From contig CATNEN010000029.1 of assembly GCA_950097015.1 (NCBI GenBank), forward strand, positions 1,426,001 through 1,490,000: 64,000 nucleotides of DNA, in the 5' to 3' direction. The notes under the pieces are model-generated. The model did no database searches. It saw only the letters and a program-made list of their open reading frames with translations, and had not been told where the DNA came from. The first letter of the stretch is position 1; every line of letters starts with the position of its first letter. Below are positions 27,263-37,000 of this stretch, in pieces. The position numbers and the translations under genes are program-made. The stretch is from Macrostomum hystrix (lineage: Eukaryota; Animalia; Platyhelminthes).

Positions 27263-27345
27263 GGATAATTGTAATGATCGAGTTATATGCTTGTATTAAT
27301 ATGTTTCTGGTATCCATAACGACAGACTGCGCATCACGCAGGTGT

Positions 27346-30300
27346 TCAATACTCGGAGGTAGCGGCCGCGCTCTGTAGGGTGGCCAAATCTGAGGATATC
27401 CGGGGCACCTGGCCTAGAGAAAATGTCAGCATCTCGGACATCAGCGGCGGGGGCAAGAAGGTTGTCCGCTGCATCACTCGAGACCAATAGCCAACGTAGA
27501 ACACTTGGATAGCCGAGAGCATGCCGCTAAGCGAGAGCAGCTTGCCCCGCCTGGCATTGTCCGGACAGATGGCGCGCAGCTCCCTGAGGTAGGTGGCCTG
27601 GGCGGCCTGGATCAGATCTGGCCGGCGCCATTCTTCCAAAGGCGGAGCGGCGTCGAATAAGAACACGAGCTTCAATAGGAGAAACTCCGCCCAGGTCAGG
27701 CCGGTGGCGGTCAGGACGCGGGCCAGGCAGCGCATCTGGCTGCCGCAGCGGACTGGGATGAGGCCGGCCACGCTAGACGACTGGCGGGGGTCATTCAGTC
27801 AGTTAGTAAACAGTTTCTTTATATTTGCGCATTTCTACTTTGATGAGTAGGATAGTGCGCGAAATTTGCCAAAAAATAATTTTCTGTCATGCTTTATTCA
27901 TTTTTCTGAAATGTTCGACCCCATCACACAGTGACCCCGCTTCTGCCTACGGGGGGCCGGGTCGCACCTGCAGAATTCGAACTCCAGACCTGTGCAGAAA
28001 TATATGAGACAGGGAGAAGTGGATGACGCAGATGTGGGACAAAGGCAGACAGAAGGGCAGAGAAGACAGAGAAGACAGAAGGTCAAAGGAAAATACGAGC
28101 TCGTACTGATCAAAGCTGGGAAGAAATCACGAAGACGCCGCCAATTGGCCAAATCTGGCCGGGGTCTCTTTGGCGGCAGGTGTTTGCGCAGGCCAATTAT
28201 TTAAATCGGTGCAATTTTCACCTTCCACCTGGTACCAGGGAGCTTGTCGAAATCAACTACAAAGCAACGATTGTTCCTTTTGGAATTTTCATACAAGCCT
28301 GGCTAGTTACCGAAAAATGTGATCCATTTTCCAGTGTCACTGCCTGCCTCGTGCAGTCACCAGCTATTCACATATCTTTTAGCAGCTTAACTTCCAACAC
28401 CGACCCAGGCTTTAGTTATCAAACCAATTAATTCCATTATCCAATTATCTAGATCCCACCATTTCACTCTCTAGTTGCCATCCGATTCCATTTCATCCTT
28501 TAGTTTCCATCCCATTCCATCCTCTAGTTCCCATCCCATTTCATCCTCTAGTTCCCATCTCATCCCATCCACTGGTTCCCATCCCATTCCATCCACTAGT
28601 TCCCATCCCATCCACTGGTTCCCATCCCATTCCATCCACTAGTTCCCATCCCATCCACTGGTTCCCATCTCATCCTATCCACTGGTTCCCATTCCATTCC
28701 ATCCTCTAGTTCCCATCCCATTCCATCCACTAGTTCCCATCCCATCCACTGGTTCCCATCCCATTCCATCCACTAGTTCCCATCCCATCCACTAGTTCCT
28801 ATCCCATTCCATCCACTAGTTTTCATTTCATACCTTCCTCTAGCTCCCATTTATTTTCTTCCTCTCGTTCCGATCCCTTCCTCTTCCAGAAAATTCTATT
28901 TAAGCGCCGCAATCAGCTGTGTACACTGAGCCGCAGTCAGCTGTGTACACTGAGCCGCAGTTATCTGTGTACACTGAGCGCAGTCAGCTGTGTACACTGA
29001 GCCGCAGTTATCTGTGTACACTGAGCCGCAGTTATCTGTGTACACTGAGCCGCAGTTATCTGTGTACACTGAGCCGCAGTTATCTGTGTACACTGAGCCG
29101 CAGTTATCTGTGTACACTGAGCCGCAGTTATCTGTGTACACTGAGCCGCAGTTATCTGTGTACACTGAGACGCAGTTATCTGTGTACACTGAGCCGCAGT
29201 TATCTGTGTACACTGAGCCGCAGTTATCTGTGTACACTGAGCCGCAGTCAGCTGTGTACACTGAGCCGCAGTCAGCTGTGTACACTGAGCCGCAGTTATC
29301 TGTGTACACTGAGCCGCAGTTATCTGTGTACACTGAGCCGCAGTCGGCTGTGTACACTGAGCGCAGTCAGCTGTGTACACTGAGCCGCAGTTATCTGTGT
29401 ACACTGAGCCGCAGTTATCTGTGTACACTGAGCCGCAGTCAGCTGTGCACACTGTGCTTACCTGGTCCTCGCGTATGGCATAGCTGGCCGAGAATTTCAG
29501 ACTGCCATCGTAGGGCATGGAGTTGTAGGCCACGCGCCACACTGTGAGGCTGAGCCAGTGCAGCTGCAGCAGCCGGACCCGGTCCTCCATTGGCAGCTGG
29601 GTAAAGTCGGACAGTCGCTTAGAGAAGTCGATGAGATCTACGGCAAGTTTGTTAGTAGCTGCGCCAAGTTGAGCAGTGTGCTCATCCAGCTGGCTAGGCG
29701 AAGATGAAGCGGCCTGTAGCTGCTCGGCAGTTGCCTGCCTTAACTGCTGATGCAGCGGATCGTCCGGGGCGCAGCTGTTGAATAGCTCCGTCAGCTGGCA
29801 GACCAGGGCGCTGCGTTCCGACGCCAGATGGTCGCCGGGTATTGGCCGTTGTGCAGTCAGCTGGCGCATGAAGGCCGGAGGTTCGCGCCCCACTGGCAGG
29901 CTGGCCGCGCCAGATTTAACAGCTGGAGACGCCGACGAAGACGAAACGCCAGCGCCGGCGGAAGCTTGAACGTCAGCCGAAGGGCTGTCATCGGCTGTGT
30001 CGTTGTCGCTGATGTCTTCAATCACCCGGCCGCCGCCGGCGCCAATTGTCGGCGCAGTTGTCGGCGGTGTCGGAGTCTGGCTAGGTGAGGAGCAGCGGAC
30101 CAGAGCGGTCTGCATGCGGGCCTCCAGGCAGCGCACCCAGCGACAAGCCGGGCAGTGGCGCTTCCGGCCGGTTCTCGGCACGGGGCAGCGGGCGCCAGAC
30201 CGAAGCACCGGGCAGAAGTAGGTCACGCAGGAGTGCACAGTGCGCTTAAAGAAGGCTTTGCAAGCTTCGCAGGTGATTGCGCCGTAGTGATGCCCGGTTG

Positions 30301-30382
30301 CTTTGCGAAAGCAGACGGTGCATGGCTCGTTAAGAAGCTTTTGCTCTAATTGCTGCTGCTGTTGCTGCTGATCTTGGTGCAT
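27346..30382 (-). CDS. Nuclear receptor paralog C, ERR/NR3B-like, P-box CEACKA (~451 aa)
   Basis: complement(join(27346..27780,29462..30382)) = 1356 nt; phase-0 intron CAG|GTAAGC...CGCCAG|TCG. CEACKAFFKR is the ERR-type P-box. LBD: FSKRLSDFTQLPMEDRVRLL, YNSMPYDGSLKFSASYAIRED (resembles ERR SLPxDDKLxxAEDY) and PLMSEML. Confidence 0.9.
28480..28830. repeat. Degenerate pyrimidine-rich CCATCC/CTAGTT repeat (NR-C intron)
   Basis: Direct reading. Confidence 0.8.
28915..29452. repeat. 24-bp minisatellite (TGTGTACACTGAGCCGCAGTTATC)n next to the NR-C donor
   Basis: About 22 units; the array starts within ~10 nt of the 5' splice site. Confidence 0.95.
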
Positions 30383-30564
30383 TTGTAAAAGAAATCTGAA
30401 GAAGAATTGTAGCAGGTGAAAATTATTTCTAAAATGAGTTTTCTTAGAAAGATTAAAAGGAAGTCAGAAAACCGATTTATAAATCTAGTTAGTCTGGCAG
30501 GGCATTTTCAGCTCTATTCCTCTCCCTCTACTCAGCGTCACACGATACTGATACGGCTAAAGAC

Positions 30565-30700
30565 GCAGTCTGATTGGTTGACGAGGGCGGGGACACGAGA
30601 AAAACTGTAATAAGGAGAGAATCGAGCCGGATCAGGCGGGCGGTTCGGATTTGACGGGCTTCTCCAGCTGTAGGGAGGAGGCGGAGGGGCGCAGGATATT
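30565..30700 (-). promoter_or_regulatory. Candidate promoter upstream of the nuclear receptor cluster
   Basis: CCAATCA on the minus strand (TGATTGG 30571-30577), GC box GGGCGGGG (30585-30592) and further GC-rich motifs ~190-310 bp upstream of the NR-C ATG. Motif evidence only. Confidence 0.4.
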
Positions 30701-31524
30701 AGTTAGTTATCAGCTGCTAAGGTTGAGACGTAATGGAAACGGAAAGAGCCTCGAGCTACGCGGCCTTCCTTTCAGAGTGTTCTAGATAGATGACTCGATG
30801 CCGACACTTAGGCCAGGACATGCGCGAGCAGTGTCAAAAAGTGCATAATTAGAGGCTTGACTGAATTCTAGGAAAGATGACAGAAATAGAACACGGGAAG
30901 CCAGACGACACGGGGAAGAAATAAAAGATAGACGACGCGTATTCCTAGAATTTTTCTACATACTTCCGGAGGGTTGCGTGCGAGGTGAGGCAAATTAATC
31001 GAAGAAGCTATTAATTAGACTGGAACTTGATAAAAACTATTATCCTAATTCGCAGCAGCCATTCATTAAGACGAAACACAAGGGCGACAACTAATTATAA
31101 AAAAGACAATTTTGCTGAAAGTTCGCTTAGAGAAAATCTACTATGTACTTTTATAGGAAACTGGAGATCCATGGATGGCTTCTCAGCTCGGAGAAGCCTC
31201 AGAAAATAGAACAAGTTAACGGAGCGAAAGCAAGATTAGAATAATTTAATAAAGTACTCGTATTTCTGCCAGCAATATGATTAGCAAAGTTATCGAATAT
31301 AAGAAAAAATATTTAATCTCAGGTAAAAGTCCGATAGCAGTTACTTGAGTTCTAAGCAAAAAAGCAAAAGAAACTTAACGACATCATGTGAGGTTACACA
31401 AAAGGAGGCATAAATATTTATTAGAAAAAATAGGAATATCTTTTAACTACGCTCGTACTGTACTAAGGACGGATTTTGATTGTTTACTAGACAAAAAAAC
31501 AGAGGCAGGTTAGCTTTATGCAGG

Positions 31525-32692
31525 GATCTGCTGAATCTGTGTGGAGTGAGGGGCAGCCCACTGCTGGATCTGTGTAGAGTGAGGGGCAGCCCACTGATGG
31601 ATCTGTGTAGAGTGAGGGGCAGCCCACTGCTGGATCTGTGTAGAGTGAGGGGCAGCCCACGGCTGGATCTGTGTAGAGTGAGGGGCAGCCCACTGCTGGA
31701 TCTGTGTGGAGTGAGGGGCAGCCCACTGCTGGATCTGTGTAGAGTGAGGGGCAGCCCACTGCTGGATCTGTGTAGAGTGAGGGGCAGCCCACTGCTGGAT
31801 CTGTGTAGAGTGAGGGGCAGCCCACTGCTGGATCTGTGTAGAGTGAGGGGCAGCCCATTGCTGGATCTGTGTAGAGTGAGGGCAGCCCACTGCTGGATCT
31901 GTGTAGAGTGAGGGGCAGCCCACGGCTGGATCTGTGTAGAGTGAGGGCAGCCCACTGCTGGATCTGTGTAGAGTGAGGAGCAGCCCACAACTGGATCTGC
32001 GTAGAGTGAGGGGCAGCCCACTGCTGGATCTGTGTGGAGTGAGGGGCAGCCCACAACTGGATCTGTGTAGAGTGAGGGGCAGCCCACTGCTAGATCTGTG
32101 TAGAGTGAGGGGCAGCCCACTGCTGGATCTGCGTAGAGTGAGGGGCAGCCCACTGCTGGATCTGTGTAGAGTGAGGGGCAGCCCACTGCTGGATCTGCGT
32201 AGAGTGAGGGGCAGCCCACTGCTGGATCTGTGTGGAGTGAGGGGCAGCCCACAACTGGATCTGTGTAGAGTGAGGGGCAGCCCACTGCTGGATCTGTGTG
32301 GAGTGAGGGGCAGCCCACAACTGGATCTGCGTAGAGTGAGGGGCAGCCCACTGCTGGATCTGTGTGGAGTGAGGGGCAGCCCACAACTGGATCTGTGTAG
32401 AGTGAGGGGCAGCCCACTGCTGGATCTGTGTAGAGTGAGGGGCAGCCCACTGCTGGATCTGTGTGGAGTGAGGGGCAGCCCACAACTGGATCTGCGTAGA
32501 GTGAGGGGCAGCCCACTGCTGGATCTGTGTGGAGTGAGGGGCAGCCCACAACTGGATCTGTGTAGAGTGAGGGGCAGCCCACTGCTGGATCTGTGTAGAG
32601 TGAGGGGCAGCCCACTGCTGGATCTGTGTGGAGTGAGGGGCAGCCCACTGCTAGATCTGTGTAGAGTGAGGGGCAGCCCTGCTGGATCTGTG
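31525..32692. repeat. 33-bp minisatellite (CTGCTGGATCTGTGTAGAGTGAGGGGCAGCCCA)n
   Basis: About 35 units with a few 32-bp variants. Confidence 0.96.
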
Positions 32693-33344
32693 TGGGAAGA
32701 ACCTGGAATAAGCTTAAAACCTGTACTTTGTCATTACATTCGCAAAAATATTACACATCTATGTGAAAGTTTTTCTGTTTCAACAAGCGCATTCATAAAA
32801 TATGAACATAGTTAAGATAAATAGTACAAATTCTTTATAATTTGATTTTAAGAATTTGACAAAATCTTGGGAAGGTTGAAAAAACTGCGCTAAAATGGAG
32901 CGCAACAATATAATTCGATGTTTAGTATAAGGATTAAAAAAAGAAGACATTAGTCTGAGTATTATAAGTGCTTTACACCTGTGTAAGAGTAAATAATATC
33001 TACACTAAGAGTAATTAATAAGGCACAATAGAGTAAAAAGCAAAAAAACTAAGCGGAACAAAAATGGTACAAAAATAGCACAAAGGACAATATAATATTT
33101 TCGTTTAGTTTAAATGAGTAGTCTAAGTAATCTACAAGCTTATAATGTAAGCATAGGACAAAAGATCACAGATTGGTCTTGCAAAAAAGCATTTCCTTAT
33201 CAACTGGGACGGTTGATTGACGTGTAAAAACTGAAAACAAAAAAACACGAAAATACCTGTTATCTGGGCTCCAGCTTCCTACTGGACTACTGAGTTTATT
33301 ATTTAAAATTTTCTTGTAACCTAGGAGCGACTTAAATTCCACAA

Positions 33345-33750
33345 AGCGAGTGTACATTCGGAAGTGGTCGATGGTCGGGAGCGAGTGTACATTCGGGAGA
33401 GAAAGGGTCGATGGTCGGGAGCGAGTGTACATTCGGGAGAGAAAGGGTCGATGGTCGCGAGCGAGTGTACATTCGGGAGAGAAAGGGTTGATATTCGGGA
33501 GCGAGTGTACATTCGGCAGAGAAAGGGTCGATGGTCGGGAGCGAGTGTACATTCGGGAGAGAAAGGGTTGATATTCGGGAGCGAGTGTACATTCGGCAGA
33601 GAAAGGGTCGATGGTCGGGAGCGAGTGTACATTCGGGAGAGAAAGGGTCGATGGTCGCGAGCGAGTGTACATTCGGGAGAGAAAGGGTTGATATTCGGGA
33701 GCGAGTGTACATTCGGCAGAGAAAAGGTTGATGGTCTGGAGCGAGTGTAC
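33345..33750. repeat. 40-bp minisatellite
   Basis: Unit GAGCGAGTGTACATTCGGGAGAGAAAGGGTCGATGGTCGG, ~10 copies; period checked at 33371/33411. Confidence 0.93.
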
Positions 33751-34076
33751 ACAAAAGAGTGAAGTTGAAAAGGGTTCATTAATTACGAATAACAATTAAT
33801 GGCCAATAGAATAGCAATAGCTGCAAGGCACACAAACCAATAAATAGATTGAGCTTCCGTCATGATCAAATAAAAAAGGCAGGGAATGTTTCTGTGGCAA
33901 CTATAAATTAAAACAAGAAAGTGTTGTAAAAATGAATAAAAACTGAAGTTATTAATAAAGTCAGTGTGGAAAATAAACCATTTTGTATCTGCGAGTCACC
34001 TAAATATTTTTAGTTTAGTCTCGCCTATCCTGAGCACCAAAGCAATTTCACAATTGTAGAGCGAAGCTGCTCAAAA

Positions 34077-37000
34077 TCACTTGGCCAGCATCCAGCTGTC
34101 GTCCTGCAGAGTGTCGCCAGTCCTCGGTCGGCTGTCCTCCAGGCCGCGCTGCTGGCGCATGAACCTGCCTAGAACCTCCTCCGGATCGCCGGAAGCGCCC
34201 TCCAGCGATGCGGAATCGGCCTGCATTCGCTGCAGCCGGCGCAGGCGGGCCTCGTTGGCCCGGGCGATTCTCTCGGCGTCCAGGCTGGCCTCGGAGCCGA
34301 AGCCGTTGACTGACGACGCGGGCAGCTGCTGACGATGAGCTCCTGGATCCAGACGGCCGGTTGAGACCGGCTGATCGATGTCAACAAAGGCTGTCTCGGC
34401 TTGCAGCTGGGCGGAGTCGGCACGCGAGTAAGGACGCAGGCCGAGATCCCGAGGGCGTAGGCCAAGGCCATCGAGGTCGCCGCCGCCGCCGCCACCGCCG
34501 CCCTGCATGCGGCGAAGTCGGTCGCGCTGTTCGCGCAGCAGGGCCGCCTGCTGAGCTTCGAGAGCTTCGCCACTGATTGGCGTCTCAGGGAAGTAGGAGC
34601 GAACCTGATTCAGTTTTGCGAGAGGGGCGCTAGGTTGTAAATTAGGGGCTAAGAAGTAAAAAGTTCACTGCACCACTAACTATAATAAAACAAGACAAAG
34701 TCTATAAAATGAAGCAAATTCTAACCAATGGATAATCAAGAGCGCTCCTAAAGTAAAAAAATGGCGAATTCGCTCCTAAGCTGACAAAAAATGGCACATC
34801 CGCTCCTAAAGCTGATAAAAATGGCACATCCGCTCCTAAAGCTGATAAAAATGGCACATCCGCTCCTAAAGCTGATAAAAATGGCACATCCACTCCTAAA
34901 GCTGATAAAAATGGCACATCCGCTCCTAATGCTGATAAAAATGGCACATCCACTCCTTAAGCTGATAAAAAGGCACATCCACTCCTTAAGCTGATAAAAA
35001 GGCACATCCACTCCTTAAGCTGATAAAAATGGCACATCCGCTCCTAATGCTGATAAAAATGGCACATCCGCTCCTAAAGCTGATAAACATGGCACATCCG
35101 CTCCTAAAGCTGATAAACATGGCACATCCGCTCCTAAAGCTGATAAACATGGCACATCCGCTCCTAAAGCTGATAAAAATGGCACATCCGCTCCTAAAGC
35201 TGATAAACATGGCACATCCGCTCCTAAAGCTGATAAACATGGCACATTGGCTTCACAAGTTGACAAAAATGACGCATTCGCTCCACCTTGTTAGCGGCCG
35301 GATCGCTGGTGTTCGCCTTCAGCCGGCTGAACTCCTGGGCGGCTGACGGATCCACGCTGCCTTGCTGCTGCAGCCCAGTCGGCTGGTAATAATTTGTCCT
35401 GCGAGACACTGGCGCGGCCTTCCGTCGATCCCTGACCATGTCGAAGACGTCCACCTGCTGGCCAATCGAGGGCCCCTGCACCGGCCGATGATCGCCAGAA
35501 CCTTCGTAACCGTGCAGTCGCGGATCAAACACCTCCGGCTGGTATTTCTGCGTCTCCAGGGCATCTTCAACGCGCTGACGCTCGCTGCGGAGCTGATTGC
35601 GCAGCCTGGCTAGCTGGACAATCGACTCGGTCTCTGGCTCGGTCTGCGACGGCTCTTCAACTAGATGGCCCCGGTCGCCGATTGGCGTCGCCTTGCCATG
35701 AAGCGTCGGCACCGGCGGCGAGCGGGACCTGTGCTGCTCGGCCATGGCCACGTCTGCTGCGCGCTCCACTCGCTCCCTGTGTGTTTAAATAGAACCTATA
35801 TAGCACCTATCAAATTCCCCATCTGTGCTGTATCAAATCTCTTACCTGTGCTCTATTGAGAGCTCACACCTGACCTCTATCAAAGTCCACACCTGTCCTC
35901 TATCAAAGTCCACACCTGTCCTCTATCAAAGTCCACACCTGTCCTCTATCAAAGTCCACACCTGTCCTCTATCAAAGTCCACACCTGTCCTCTATCAAAG
36001 TCCACACCTGTCCTCTATCAAAGTCCACACCTGTCCTCTATCAAAGTCCACACCTGTCCTCTATCAAAGTCCACACCTGTCCTCTATCAAAGTCCACACC
36101 TGTCCTCTATCAAAGTCCACACCTGTCCTCTATCAAAGTCCACACCTGTCCTCTATCAAAGTCCACACATGTCCTCTATCAAATCCCTCAACTGTCCTCT
36201 ATTAAATCCAACACTCCAATTTTTTATTTCAACCCGTGAATTCAAACCTTAACCCGCACATCCACCTGTCCTCATCTCGTACGCACCTGTCGGCCTCCTT
36301 GGCCTTTCGCGCAGCCTCACCAGCTCGCCGCTTCTCATCGGCGGCGCGCAGCAATTCCTCATTCTTGCGCCTGGCTTCCTCCTCCTTGTCCAGCTGCTTG
36401 CGCCGTTCGGCGTCCAGTTCGGCCTGAATGCGGCGCTGCTGCTCTTCAACGCGGCGCTGCTCCCGTTCGTCCTCCTCGCGTTGACGCAGCTGGTCGAGTT
36501 CGCGAATACGCCGACGCTCCTCCATCTGGTTGCGCAATTCGTCCTGGTAGCGCTCGCGCTCCCGTTTCTGCGCATCGGTGAGGCCCTGGCCAAATATGCC
36601 GTGACCGCCGCGTGCGTGCGTGGCCTCGCCAAGAGCGTTGGTCTGGCGCGGAGTCGGCTTGTCAATCCAGGGCAGCGGCTCCTGGGTGCGACTGCGACAG
36701 CGAAGGGAGTCGAGTCAATAGAGTGGCCATTCTAGGTAAAACACATATAACAATACCTATGAGCCTTAACTACAGAGGTAAGTGAAATTATCTAAACTAG
36801 CTACATAACTGTAACAAAGCAAAGCATCACTTATACCGCTAAAAGTATTTGCAGGAGGGCAGTGGGCTCTGGCATATCATTTTGTGCTAGTAGAACACCT
36901 GCCAGCGAGGCAATTCTGCCCATTTCGCTGAACCATGAGCGCATACTCACGGAGGTGTTCATCTGCCCTAACTTTCTCATCGACAGGCAGTGTACACTCT

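Noticed and set aside
28961-29461. C-terminal (QCTQITAA)n extension of NR-C in the ORF track
   Set aside because: Read-through of the CAG|GTAAGC donor into the 24-bp array; the rest of the LBD is in the 27346-27780 exon.
13127-30382. A single multi-DBD (2DBD/3DBD) nuclear receptor
   Set aside because: Each DBD is followed by its own complete LBD and stop codon (27346, 18317, 13127), so these are three genes.
36692-36735. Acceptor CCTAG at 36732 as the start of CSPP1 exon 8
   Set aside because: It gives the wrong phase and meets stops; the acceptor at 36692 keeps the frame.
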